Assembly: GCA_021613535.1 (NCBI GenBank)
Contig: CP075493.1
Location: 16,678,001 to 16,742,000, forward strand
DNA length: 64,000 bases
Direction: 5' to 3'
Origin: Adineta vaga
Lineage: Eukaryota > Animalia > Rotifera
A program made the translations under genes and the position numbers. Positions 22,330 through 36,000 of this stretch are shown here, one piece after another (the stretch's first letter is position 1; each line of letters opens with the position of its first letter). The notes under the pieces were generated by a model, which was not told where the DNA came from, ran no database searches, and saw nothing but the letters and a program-made list of their open reading frames with translations.

Positions 22330-24008
22330 TATTTGTCAGCAATATCTTTAATTATTTAAACATTTATTCACGATATTCTTTATTTTAATCTTGAACATAT
22401 CCATTCTCACTCTTTTATTCTTTTTCAAATAAAGAAATAAAATAATCAGCACAAAACACTGTTTGTTATCAACACTAAGAGAAGAGATGTTTGAGAGGTA
22501 TATGCATTTTTTTCCTTTTTTTTCTATCGGTTGCTATGGTAATAAAAATACTGGGAAACAATGAAATAATATCATCCAAGTTCATATATTCTTATACTAC
22601 TCGGAAAATTTTCTTCAGAACAAAAATAAAAAGTTAACGGCTTCGAATAAATATCCTAATGAACTTGTTCTATTCGATGGTGACGAAGATCGTATGAAAG
22701 TTTTCCTTGATATGAAAGAATTATCAAAAATTCCATCCAACTGTAAATTTTATATCTTTTGCAATGATCCAGAACCCATCCAAGATGAAATACTTTCATG
22801 CACAAATATATTTGGTGTAGGTGTACGACTATCTGCAAACAGTCAAAATATCATTGATTTTTTGGAGAAAGAAGAAAATAAATATTCATCTACAATTATT
22901 ATTTGTGGTTCAAATTCTTCTGATTTACGAGAACATAGAAGAAACAAGCATGTACGTGAGTTTAATGTTAATAATGATGAATATATTGATTCAACATAAA
23001 ATATTTCGACGCATAAGAAAGCCATAGTGAAAATTATATAGCTATTAGAGAGTTGGTTATTCGTTGTTACATATGTGATGATGATTTCAACGGCGAAGAA
23101 AAACTTAAAAAACATATTGAAAAAGTGCATCCAGATGCTTCAGAAGATTATTATTAAAAACTATATGATCATTCAATTGTCATTGTATATTCTACTTAGT
23201 TAGTTTATTAACGATGCTTTTCGATTGTCTTAATTATACTCTGGATTTCTCCACAAGTTATTTCTAACCTGCTCAGCTTCTTGTTTGAAATGAAGATATG
23301 TTTTGCTTTTGTATTCTTCGATATTGTTCGTAAAGAATTTCATTAAGAATACTAATAAATAATATGAATAACGAATAGAAAAATAGAGAGTATAAGTGCT
23401 CTCTGAAATCTTACCTTCATCTACATCCTTTTGTGAAATTCACATATATTTTCAAAGAAAAATAAGTGAATGTAAGTTTTTAGTCAATAAATTTGATCCT
23501 CTCCCTGCTCTTCACTATAGACAAGCATCTATTCCAGATAGGACACCATTACAGACACAACCCTATTATCGCCAACAGACTATGTGAGTTCTACATTTTA
23601 ACTCTAAAGAGGTTGCGCTGATAAACGTTTATTCGATGGGAGAACATTTTTTGTGGATTAGTTCTTCGTGAAGTATTGGGAATAAAAGACATTTCATCTT
23701 ACCATACATTCCTACCTGAGAGAAATGGTTAATGTTATTTCGTCAATGATACATACAAAAGATCTTTTAAAAGCAACATGATTCTATACTTATATGTTTT
23801 TTCTTTCTTCTTTCTGTCTTATAAATTACTCAGACGATGACTGACTCATTATAGAATTTTATTTCTTAGATTTTTCTCTCATTCAATCGTAAACAACACG
23901 TGTCGTTTTCATATAGAAGTGTATTTTACTTGGAAAAAACCAAGTTCTTCATTCTGACATATTTCGTAAGTAAAACCTTGTATTCAGATAAAAGACAAGA
24001 ATATTGAA

Positions 24009-27000
24009 ATGGCACAAAACTCGGTTACTGTCTGGCTTGATGAAACGTGCGATTCTATTGTTTCTAATGAAATTAATAGTGACACTCATCTTACTTTATG
24101 CAAAATTGATCCATATTTGGTAACATTTCGTGATCTTGATAAATGTGCTGATTATATAATTCAAACAGAAACTGATGAGAAAAAAGTTCTTCTATTAATA
24201 TCAAGTGAAACTCCATCGAAATCTCTTGACGTATTTTTAAAATTAAAGGAGAAATTTTCACATATCGATTCTGTCTATTGCTTTACTTCAAATGAATTTG
24301 ATAGTAATAAACATATTAATGCACCGTCTGGAATTTATACGAATTTTGAATCATTATGTGATAATTTACGAAAACTTCCAGATATACAACGTCATCGGCG
24401 AAAGACCCTTTTTCGTGATGATTTTGCTACATCTTCAATAAGTAATACTGATCCTTCTTCCTTAGTCTCATCATCGATCGATGATATTTCAACAAGCAGT
24501 AGACAAGAAGCTCAATTTATGTATGCACAATTTCTACGCGATATTTTAATCACAATGGATTCATCAGAAGAAGAAATGGTCGAATTTTGTCGTAAGAAAT
24601 GTGCTGATAATCCTATGGATTTGAATGTCATTGACGAGTTTGTAACATATTACGATTCAATCAATGCCATATTTTGGTATACACGCGATACATTTTTGTA
24701 TCGTCTTTTAAATAAAGCACTAAGAGAACAAGATATTGATACTCTTTATTCATTACGTTATTTTATCAAAGATCTTCATTTACAATTAAAACAAAAACAT
24801 ACTACAATGACAACGATTATCAAAACAGAACCGTTGATAGAAACAGTCTATCGTGGACAATTGATGAATAATGAAGAATTTGATAAGAAAATACGATATA
24901 ATACAGGAGGTTTCTTCTCAGTCAATAGTTTTTTATCAACAACATCACATAAAAATTTAGCGATGGTATACGCTGGCAATCGAAGTAAAGATAAAAAATC
25001 TACAGAACAAAGCGTATTATTTCAAATTGATATTGATAAAACTGTTAACAAATTTCCCTATATAAATATATCATCACAAAGCGCATTTGACGAAAGCGAA
25101 GATGAAATTTTATTTACTATGGGTGTAATATTTCGAATAGAATCAGTTCATTTGACTGATGATAATTTTTGGTATGTGAAACTAAAACTAACCGGCGAAG
25201 AAGATGATGAATTGAGAAAATTAGATGAACACATGAGAAAGGATATCATCTCAACAAGTCCACTTGGTAGTTTAGCAAAATTAATGATCACTATGGGTCA
25301 ATATGATAAAGCTGAAAAATATCATCTTATGTTACTTGAAGATTCAACTAATATTGAAGATTTTCAAACACTTTCCATTATTTATAATAATCTTGGATAT
25401 ATTCATTATGAAATGAATCGAGAAGAGAAAGCAATTGAATATTATGAAAATGCACTTGAAATTAAAGTAAAACAATTATTTGAAAATGATTCTTCTCTAG
25501 CATCTACTTATAATAACTTAGCAAATGTTTATCGTCGACAAGGAAAATATGATAAAGCTTTATCATACTATCATAAGGCGATTATTATCGATCTTAATGG
25601 AACAAATCCGAAGTTGAATCAAATCGCAAATCGTTATAATAATATTGGACTTGTTTATCGTGAACAACAACGTTATCATGAAGCATTAGATATGTTTGAA
25701 CAATGTTTGACGATACAATTAGAAGTTCTTCCATCTAATCATCCTAATATTGCAATTTCTTATGGTAATATTTCACAAATATATTATTCTCTTGATGATT
25801 CTGAAAAAACTATTGAATATTTAAATCGAACATTTCAAATTCAAATTAATTCACTTCCACCAAATCATCCAGATCTTTCTAGAACATATAATAGTTTTGG
25901 TCAAATATATATGAAACAAAATAAACTCAAAGAAGCAATAGAAATGTATGATAAATCATTAAAAATTGAATTAAAAACATTTCCTTTAACTCATCCAAAT
26001 ATTTTGATAATATATCATAATATTTCGAAAGTTTACAATTTACTTATTCATGATTGTAATGAAGCAATTGAATATTTAAATCCAATACTTGATATCGAAC
26101 CAGATTCATTATTATCAAATCATTTAGAATTAGCAGGAATTTATTATAATTTATCTAATGCATACTATCGAATGGGTGAATTTGAACAAGCATTAATAAT
26201 TAATGAAAAATCGTTAAAAATCCGTTTAAAATTTTTGCCTACTAATCATAGTGATTTAGCAGCATCGTACAATAATATCTCACAAATCTATGATTCACTT
26301 GGTAATCATAGTAAAGCGATTGAATATTTGGATCATACACTTCAAATTCAAATAAATTCTCAATCACCAAATTATTCAGTTTTGGCATTAACTTATAATA
26401 ATTTAGCTGGAGCATTATATGAACAAGGTGAATTCGAGGAAGCATTGAAATTATATAAAAAATCTCTTCAAATTCGATTAGAAATCTTACCGACAAATCA
26501 TTCGGATATTGCAATATCTTATAATAATATTGCACAAGTTTACAATTCATTAGATGACTATGATGAATCTATTCATTGTATGAATCAAGTACTTCAAATA
26601 CAAATCAATATACTTCCATTAAATCATATCGACTTAGCCAAAACATACAATATGTTAGGCTTATCATATTGTGATCAAGGTCAATTTGAAGACGCATTGA
26701 TAATGCATAACAAAGCTCTAGAAATTCGATTAAATAATTTAATGAATAATCATTCAGATATAGCAGCATCTTATTATAATATATCATTAGTATATTCTAG
26801 GTTAAATGATTATGAAAAATCAATTGAATATTTGAACAAAACACTTAATATAGAGCTTAATTCTTTACCAGCAAATCATCCAGATTTGGCTAAAACATAT
26901 GAAGCTTTAGCTGCAACATTATACAAACAAGGTAACTTTCAAGAAGCATTAACAAATATGAAAAAGTGTTATGCTATTAATTCAAAATATTACAAACGTA

Positions 27001-27098
27001 ATCATCCAAAAATAATTGACAATATTGAAAAACTTTTTATACTAACAGATAAATGTGAACAATCGTCAAATAACAATTCTATATCAGAAATTCTATAA
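24009..27098 (+). CDS. ADP-ribosyltransferase (R-S-E type) + TPR array protein
   Basis: VYRGQ, FLSTT and ESEDEILF motifs, then ~14 42-aa TPRs (HPDLAxSYNNI); intronless, 1029 aa. Confidence 0.9.
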   Translation: MAQNSVTVWLDETCDSIVSNEINSDTHLTLCKIDPYLVTFRDLDKCADYIIQTETDEKKVLLLISSETPSKSLDVFLKLKEKFSHIDSVYCFTSNEFDSNKHINAPSGIYTNFESLCDNLRKLPDIQRHRRKTLFRDDFATSSISNTDPSSLVSSSIDDISTSSRQEAQFMYAQFLRDILITMDSSEEEMVEFCRKKCADNPMDLNVIDEFVTYYDSINAIFWYTRDTFLYRLLNKALREQDIDTLYSLRYFIKDLHLQLKQKHTTMTTIIKTEPLIETVYRGQLMNNEEFDKKIRYNTGGFFSVNSFLSTTSHKNLAMVYAGNRSKDKKSTEQSVLFQIDIDKTVNKFPYINISSQSAFDESEDEILFTMGVIFRIESVHLTDDNFWYVKLKLTGEEDDELRKLDEHMRKDIISTSPLGSLAKLMITMGQYDKAEKYHLMLLEDSTNIEDFQTLSIIYNNLGYIHYEMNREEKAIEYYENALEIKVKQLFENDSSLASTYNNLANVYRRQGKYDKALSYYHKAIIIDLNGTNPKLNQIANRYNNIGLVYREQQRYHEALDMFEQCLTIQLEVLPSNHPNIAISYGNISQIYYSLDDSEKTIEYLNRTFQIQINSLPPNHPDLSRTYNSFGQIYMKQNKLKEAIEMYDKSLKIELKTFPLTHPNILIIYHNISKVYNLLIHDCNEAIEYLNPILDIEPDSLLSNHLELAGIYYNLSNAYYRMGEFEQALIINEKSLKIRLKFLPTNHSDLAASYNNISQIYDSLGNHSKAIEYLDHTLQIQINSQSPNYSVLALTYNNLAGALYEQGEFEEALKLYKKSLQIRLEILPTNHSDIAISYNNIAQVYNSLDDYDESIHCMNQVLQIQINILPLNHIDLAKTYNMLGLSYCDQGQFEDALIMHNKALEIRLNNLMNNHSDIAASYYNISLVYSRLNDYEKSIEYLNKTLNIELNSLPANHPDLAKTYEALAATLYKQGNFQEALTNMKKCYAINSKYYKRNHPKIIDNIEKLFILTDKCEQSSNNNSISEIL

Positions 27099-27173
27099 TA
27101 AATAATTGCTATCATTGAAAATCTATTCTTATTTCATAAACGATTATTTTCCAAGGTAAGTCCTGTTGTTGAA

Positions 27174-27273
27174 CTTGAGAGTGGATGTGGGTGAGGATGC
27201 ATGCCGGAAAAGGTCAGAACATGAATCTTAGCGTTTATAATATAGATTATAATTAATACCTATACTCTCTCAA
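27174..27273. repeat. Telomere-like palindrome family, decayed
   Basis: CTTGAGAGTGGATGTGGGTGAGG ... CCTATACTCTCTCAA. Confidence 0.6.
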
Positions 27274-27561
27274 CAACGTTTAAACGCCTACTCTGACTTC
27301 GTACTCAAAAAACAAATGGAAATAATAAGTACAGTTAAATAGATATTTAAAAGTACATCCATATTAGAAAGATTGAAGAGAAAATAAAATTGCTTTTTTA
27401 ATCTTTTCAAAAATCAATTAAAATCAATAAATACCCTGAATTCTGTTTTTCGTTGGGTACGCACTTAGAAACAAAGTTTCACACACTATATGAAGCAAGA
27501 AAAAAATGAATATTTCTTCAGTATACAAAAAATCGAATATTTATAAGTTAATACTTTTTCA

Positions 27562-29485
27562 ATGATTGGTAAGCGTAGAAGAATACGATGAAATGTATAG
27601 ATTCAAAATTTAAACTGATGAATTTATTTTAGATCACAGTGCTCTTGATCCAATAAGATGTTGGTGTTTGCTAATGATTGTAGCAATTCCAATGATATCA
27701 ACTGAAACTAGAACAGCTTTTCAAGCTGATTCATTTGTTGAAAGTATTGGTGTTAATACTCATTGGGCATTTACAGGGATATATTCTAACAATTATACTA
27801 CTTTAAGAAATAAACTGGGTGAATCTGGTATTCGTTATGTACGAGATGGAACCTTTGCATCTGTTATTTTCAATCGAGCTAATGATCTTTATAATAGTTT
27901 TGGAATCAAAACAAATATGTTAACTGGACGATGGATACCTGGTTATTGGCCAGCACCACTCGATCCAACACAAATTGATGCTGAATTAAACGATATTAAA
28001 ACTTTAGCATTACAAACAGTCGCTGCAATAGAAGCTCCTAATGAATATGATCATTCACATGGTCCTGATACTGATTGGGTATCAACTATTAGAAATTATA
28101 GTATTCTTCTATATAATAAAGTTAAAGCTGATCCATTATTGAAAAATTTCTCTGTCATCGGACCATCATTTGGAACATTCGAAACATATCATGCTGTGGG
28201 TAGTTTAGATTCATATATTGACTATGGAAATCAACATATGTATTATTGGACTTATTGGCCAGGTTTCAGTGGATTTGATAGTAATGGATCTTATAGTATC
28301 GATTGGTTTCTTAATACTTTAGCACCAGAACAATCACCATCTCGTAAAACTATTCAAGCAACTGAAACTGGTCATACTACTTTCACTGAACTTGGTGGTG
28401 TATCGGAAGAAGCGGATGGAAAATATACACTTCGTATATTAGCTGAATTCTTTCGTCGTGGTATTTATCGTACTTATAAATATGAACTTGTAGATCAATC
28501 AATACCAGATAGAGAAGGATTCTTTGGTTTATTAAGAAATAATTTAACGGAAAAACCATCATTTCGAGCAGTGAAAAATTTAATATCAGTATTAAGTGAC
28601 AAAGGATCAAATTTCGCACCAAGTGCATTGACTTATACACTCACTGGTAATCTAACCAATGTTCGACAATTACTTTTTCAAAAACGCAATGGCGATTTTT
28701 ATTTGATGATATGGAATGAAGTATCAAGTTGGAATGTTGCACAGAAATTTGATTTATATCCACTTCCTCAACAACTTCAACTCAGTTTACAAAGTGGTTA
28801 TATACTTGCCAATGCTACACTCTATACTTTCAATAACAATGCCGATCTTCAAACTATCAATCTTTCAATCAATAACAATCAAGTCAACTTCAATGCAACA
28901 GACAGACTTAGTATTATTAGATTAAAAAATGGTACTAATTCAAGCTCGGGAACTTCAACTACAGTTGGAACTTCAACTACAGTTGGAACTTCAACTACAG
29001 TTCGAACTTCAACTACAGTTGGAACTTCAACTACTACTGGAACTGGAATTGGAGGTGTCTATCGAATAACACCAAAATATGCTCCACAATCAGGTCTTTA
29101 TGCACTTGGTGATCAAAATTATGCCTTTGTTAGTCAATCACAATATACAGGTGGTACTAATCAGCAATGGATTATTGAATCACTCAATGATGGTTATTAT
29201 CGTATAACGAATCGTGCTGGTAGTCGAGTACTCAATGTGTATGCGTGTAATCCAAATGATGGAGGTGGAATACAATTATATGATTGGTTAGATTCTGATT
29301 GTCAAAAATGGAAATTTGAATTACTCTCGAATGGATATTATCGTATAACACCAAAACATGCTTTGAATCAATCTCTTGATGTACAAATGTGTACTACTGT
29401 TGGTGGTATCATTGTTCAACAATTGTCTTGGTCAAATAGTGAGTGTCAACAATGGAAATTAGAAAAGATCGGATTAGCTATTTGA
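27562..29485 (+). CDS. Bacterial-type glycoside hydrolase-like domain + Thr-rich linker + ricin-B lectin
   Basis: DSFVESIGVNTH, EAPNE and ATETG motifs; QxW repeats (QQW, QKW, QQW). A 7-nt first exon ATGATTG and intron 27569..27632 join in frame to the 27668 ORF. Confidence 0.8.
28949..29038 (+). repeat. 18-bp coding tandem repeat x5 (GTSTTV linker)
   Basis: Unit GGAACTTCAACTACAGTT. Confidence 0.9.
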
Positions 29486-29584
29486 AAAGAAATATATAAT
29501 ATATTGAAGAATTTGAAATAAAAGAAAATGAATAAAATTCGTGTTTTTCTAATTGTTTATTATTTTTATGTACAGAGAATAACG

Positions 29585-29602
29585 ACACCCACACCCTCAA
29601 GA
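29585..29602. repeat. Telomere-like palindrome family, C-rich arm only
   Basis: ACACCCACACCCTCAAGA, an exact consensus right end. Confidence 0.8.
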
Positions 29603-30048
29603 TGGTTATTTTCACCTGAGAGAAATTTTTCTTTCCCTGCGTGTAACTGACAATAAGACGCAATATTTACATTTGTATGCTTTTTCATACTTTCAAATAT
29701 TTTCCCCGTTCAAGTCAATATTTCTTCTTTGATTTTCTCTTTTTATATTTAATATACATCTTATATTACGTGTTTGCGATTCACGTCAGATTACAATTTC
29801 TGTTCTTAATCAAATGGGGACATTTTCTCAGATGTGGATTTCTGCATATATCAAATATTTAGTTTTATCTTCTACAAAAATAACAAGAACAAATAATTAA
29901 TCTTTTCCCCACAGGTAATATAGACTTTATCAATAACACATATCTATATATATATGTAGGACAATATATGAAAAACTTAAATTCTCTTGAATACAAATAC
30001 GGTAAGCAGTCTACATTTCACTGAATATAAGCATAACAAACTAATCAA

Positions 30049-33000
30049 ATGTCTGCAAATGAAATGATTAGTCTTTTATCATTGGATGATAATGAACAAA
30101 AAGATCAAATTCTTGATGATTTACTCAAAAATGGTCGACAATCTTTGATTAAATATAAAGATGATATCATACCGAAAATTTACACAGAAGTCATGGATAA
30201 TAATGATTCAACATTGATGATTTTATTAAAGAAAAATATCGAAGAATCATTCGAAACAAAATATGGTACAAATAATGAATGGTTCATAACATTTCTCAAA
30301 GAATATCAAAATGGAGAAAATCATGAAATCTATGATCGTATTTTAATTCGTACAGTTGATTATGGTTCTCTATATATGAAAGATTGTTCAATATTATCAT
30401 TTAGTTTACAACTTCTTTTCGAAGGACTTGATGATGATTGTATGAATAAAAATAAAGTATTTGATGATCTTTGGTTTACTATTACTAATAATGGTCTACA
30501 ATCGATTACAAAATATTCTGATTACATTATTAAAAATGTTCTAAATGAACAATTAAAAAGTCAATCAACATTATTTCTTGCATTGAAAGAATATTATCGA
30601 GAAAAAGTGTCTACAACAATGAAAGAATGTAAAATTTCAGAAAAACAAAATTTATATGATTTAGTATTAAATGATGTGGTGGAAAATGGTTGGTTAAGTG
30701 ATGTCAAATCAATCAAAGATGAAATAACACCAAAATCATATAATATCTTAGTAGAAAAATTTCGTTCATTTCATCAAAAGGAACCTGAAAAAAGTATGTT
30801 AATTTGATGAGAATATCTTCAGTTCAATTATTTTATATTCAATTTAGATAAACATATATGGACAACAGTAAAATGTGATGGATGCAAAACGAAACCATTG
30901 GTTGGTGATCGATATAAATGTGAAACATGTAGTAATTATGATTTGTGTAGTGCATGTCAGAAGAAAGGACATGAACATAAATTAAAACTTATTCAACCAC
31001 CAAAGAAAGAGAAAAATGAATCAGTTGATTCAGATGCAAAAGAAGAAGAAGAAGAAGAAGAAGACGATGGTAATTCATTTAAACCACGTGCTGGTTTTAC
31101 TGCAGAACAAAATGCATGTCAAAAGGAAGCATTAAAACTTCATAATATTTTACGTGCTCGTCATGGTGTTCCTTCTCTTGTTCTTGATGATGATATTAAT
31201 CGAAAAGCTCAAGCATATGCTGATTATTTGGCACAAAGTGGTCGGTTTCAACATAGTTCAGATCGAAATGGCCTTGGAGAGAATTTATACTGTCAAATGG
31301 GTTCAATGGGAATGGATAAAATTGGAAATGGTACGTAGTTCTCAATGATTAATGTATGTATTTAACTATATTATTCTGTTTGAAATAGGTACAAAAGCTA
31401 CTCAATCATGGTATGATGAAATCAAAGATTATAATTTCAATTGGCCGAGTTTTTCGGGTTCAACAGGTCATTTCACTCAAGTTGTTTGTGTAAGTTTTCT
31501 TGTTGTATAACTTCGTGAGTTCTGTTTATTCGTTAACAAGGTGAAAATAATAACAATAAGAAAGTAGGAAGAGAAAGATAAGAGAGATAAGAGAGAAGAT
31601 AAGAACAGATGGCGTAGGTGTTTGTAGGCGTCCATATGAAAATACATACGCGTATTTATACTGGTCAGTTTCCATGACTCATGTCATCATGCGTCATGAT
31701 TACATGATGCAAGAGATAGAAGATATCATATACATCTGACATCATGAGTCATGATAACATATGAACATTTGACATGTGTCATATGATTGAACTGATGCAA
31801 TGTTTTTCATATTAACACCTCTGCCTTTAAAATTGTTACGACGGTGCATAACGATCAGGTGGTCGCCGTTGCCGACGTGGGTAACGGGGTGATTGTTGAG
31901 GTGCTTGTTGTTGATCAGAAGTTGTTGGGTTGTTGTAGTTCAAAAGATCATCTGGTAAAGCATCTAGATCAATTGATTGGTTGTCTGGTTCTTGACGTAA
32001 TCGAAGTTGATTTTGATGTCGCACACAAGTGTGTCCATTTTGCAATTCAATTTGATACATCATTGAACCTATTCTTTTCTTGATAACTCCTGATTTCCAT
32101 TCAAATTTTTTGTTCTGTTTGTGGTTCATCACCCAAATTTCTTGTTCAAGATCATATTTGCTTATTTGTGTTGGTTTTGATTTTGTTAAATTTGGATGTA
32201 GTCGTGCAAGATCCGTTCGAATTGGTCTTTGAAAAGGTGCTTCAGCTGGAGCAATACCAGTTGTTGTATGAGGTGTCCAACGATAGGTTCGTAAAACATT
32301 TCGTAATGCAACTGATTTATTTGTTTGACCTGATTGTTGTTCCTTGATCATACCTTCCTTGAAAGATCTAACAAATCTTTCAGCAATTCCATTGCTAGGA
32401 GGATGGTACGGTGCTGTGGTGATACTTTGTATTCCATACTTGTTATAAAATTCATTCATTTCGAAACTGGTAAATGGTGGTCCATTATCCGATACCAATG
32501 TTGTCGGTGGACCTAACCAATCGATGGCTTGTTCGAGTACATTGTAAAGATTCTTTGCACTTGTATCATTTCCCATATCTGCAACAAAAGGAAATTTTGA
32601 TTTTGCATCAACCATTACCAACCATTTCGAGTTCCAAAGAGGTCCAAGAAAATCCATGTGCACACGAGACCAATTATGTTCAGGTTCTGGCCATGGTTTG
32701 AAATCTTCTTTTGGTTTAGGTGCTGCTGCTGCACATATTTTACATGACTTAGCCATGTTTTCGATATCCATTTCCATCTTTGGCCACCAGCAATGAACAC
32801 GTGCTAATTGTTTCATTTTGATAACACCAAGATGTCCACGATGAATCATTTGTATAACACGATGTCGTAATGATTTTGGTATGACTACTTGTGTATCCTT
32901 CAAGATACATCCATGTGCTACTGATAATGATTTCCGTATTGTAAAATATGGAAAAAGATCAGGATTGTTTTTCTTTGACATTGATTTCGGCCATGTATTC

Positions 33001-36000
33001 AATAAAAAATTTTTAATCAGATGAAGATGTTCATCTGCAGCTACAGCTGCTTGAATTTTCTTTGAATCAACAGGACCATCTTCAATAACTTGAGCTTGAA
33101 TTCGGTTGACTTGAACGGATTCATCATCAACAAATGATTTATCTTCACCAGCAGGTAACCTTGACAAACCATCAGCATTACCATGTTGTTGTGTAGGTTT
33201 GTATCTAATCGTATAATTGTAACCCATCAATGCAATGGACCATCTTGAAAGACGATTTGCAGTTGTTATTGATATACCTTTTGCTGGATTAAAGATTGCC
33301 AGTAAAGGTCTATGATCAGTTACCAATTCGAAAGACTTTGCTGCCAGATATTGGTGGAATTTTCTTATTCCATATACGATGGAAAGTGCTTCTTTCTCTA
33401 TCTGGCTGTAATTTCTTTCAGCTGGATTGAGAGTTTTCGATGCGTGTGCGATGGGTTTTTCAGTTCCATCGGCGTATCTGTGCATCAATACAGCTCCAAT
33501 TCCATAACTGCTTGCATCTGTTGCGAGAATTAATGGGAGTTTTTGATCGAAGTGCACCAGCATAGTTGTTTCTTCCAATTGCTTTTTTAAGGTGTCAAAA
33601 GCTTTTTGACATGAACTATCCCATTTCCATTTTACATTGTTTTGTCTTAATCGATTCAATGGAGCACAAAGATGCGAGAAATTTGCAATGAATTTCCCAT
33701 AATAGTTAATTTTTCCGATGAAAGCTTCAACTTGTTTCACATCAGTTGGTGTTGGTAAATTTTTAATTGCTACAACTCGAGTAGGATCGGGTTGTTTACC
33801 ACTTGAATTGATTATATAACCAAGATAGACCACTTCATCTTGGAAAAATGAACACTTTTCCATGTTACACCGAAGACCAAAATCGGCCAGTTTTGCCAAA
33901 ACCAAATCCAATGTTTCCAAATGTTCTTTTTCATCTTTTCCAGTGATTAATATGTCGTCTAAGTATGCTATACTGTTTGGCACACCAGCAAGAACTTGAT
34001 CAACTATGCGCTGGAAGATCGCAGGCGCATTTGAGATGCCAAAAGGCATCCGATTGTACTTGAACAGGCCCAATGGTGTGTTTATAACCACCAATTCTTT
34101 GCTGCTGTCGAGTTCGACTTGAAGATATGCATCTGTCAAGTCTAATTTTGTAAATTTTTCACCATTATTGAGTCGGGTAAGAAGTTCATCAATTGGTGGT
34201 ATAGGATGTTGATCCACGAGCATTTGTGAATTGATGGTTACCTTGAAATCTCCGCAGATGCGGATTTTTCCTGAAGGTTTACGAACTGGAACTATTGGTG
34301 CTGCCCATTGTGAAATGTCAATTTTCTCCAAAATTCCATTTGTTACATTTCTTTGTATTTCTTCCTTCACTCCATCTAAATATGCGAATGGTAAAGGACG
34401 TGGTTTGAAGAATTTCGGTACAGCATTGGGAACCAGTTGTATATGTGCTTTGACTTTGTACAATGACCTAAGTCCTTGTTGAATACTTGTTTGTGCTTGT
34501 TCAGGATCTCGTTCAGTTTCACCTGACTATACACCTTGTTCACCTGTTGACTTGTGCCGTTTGTACCATAAAGCAATCCATTCAAATCTATTTTCATTGA
34601 TGAAATCCATCGAAGACCAAGAAGCGGTGTTCCTGTTCGTTTGATTACCACCATTGTGAGATTGAAAACTTGTTTGTTATAGTGTACATGGACATCACAT
34701 TCACCTTGAATATCCAGTTGTTTACCACTATAACATTCTAGTTTCAATGAAGTTGTACGAATTGTTGGTGAACCAAGTTGTTTCCAATCATTTGTACTAA
34801 TAATTGTATGATCAGAACCTGTATCTACATCAAGAGTAAAATCTTGACCATTTATCCGAAGTGACATTGACAATTGTGTCGAGTTGGATTTGTTCCATTT
34901 CACACGTTTCAACTGGTGCGTGGTTGAATTTTGTTTTGGTATATACTTTCCATTCTTCTTCTTCTGACATACTCGTTCCAAATGACCAGTTCTTTTGCAG
35001 AAATTACAAGTAAATGTACGATATTTGCATTCACTACGTGGATGCGCTGTTGATCCACATGATTGGCAAGAATCAGATGTGGTTGCTGAAGATGATTTTC
35101 CATTCGGGGATGGATATTGACTTGTTGATTTCTTCTGTTGTAACTTGGCCACTATTGGAAGATTTGTATTGTTCGATGTATTGAATTGTCGGACGTCTTG
35201 TTCAAGACGTTCTGCTACTTGTATAATTCTTTCAGCAGCAGCAAGATCAGGATCCTCTTCCTTGAGAAGAGCTTGTCTTATTTTTGGATTGTTCACTCCA
35301 ATAACATAGGCATCTCGCAATGCACGATCTTGAGGACGATCTTTTAATTTTGATGAATTAAAACCACAATGACGCATTTTTTCACAAAGTTCGGCTTTCC
35401 ATTCGGAAAATGGTTGACCTGGTTTTTGATGACATGAATAAAATTCATACGTTGCTGTCATAATATTTCTTGTTGCATCATAATGTGAATCTAATTTTTT
35501 AATTAGATCAACGAATTTAACATATTCATCGGTCAGGAGAGCAGGTGCCATTAATGATTCTAACAAACCATAAGTTGAATCACCAACTGACCATAGGAAT
35601 AAAGCTTTCTTATCGTCATTGTCAACGATCTTGTTGGCTCTGAAATAGAAGTTAATTCTATCCCGGTATGATTGCCATGTTGAGTTTCGATGATCAAATG
35701 AGTGAAGTGCTGGAATTGTTGAGAAATTCGTTGCTGCTGTTGTCATTGTAATTATTTGCTTGTCAGAATAAACGTAGTTGTTGAAAAAAAATATATCTCG
35801 TCGCCAATTGTAAGTTTTCTTGTTGTATAACTTCGTGAGTTCTGTTTATTCGTTAACAAGGTGAAAATAATAACAATAAGAAAGTAGGAAGAGAAAGATA
35901 AGAGAGATAAGAGAGAAGATAAGAACAGATGGCGTAGGTGTTTGTAGGCGTCCATATGAAAATACATACGCGTATTTATACTGGTCAGTTTCCATGACTC

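Noticed and set aside
22694-22999. 101-aa ORF
   Set aside because: Possibly a gene remnant, but no recognisable motif or clear exon structure.
35752-35967. 71-aa ORF upstream of gag
   Set aside because: Lies within the LTR/leader in low-complexity sequence.
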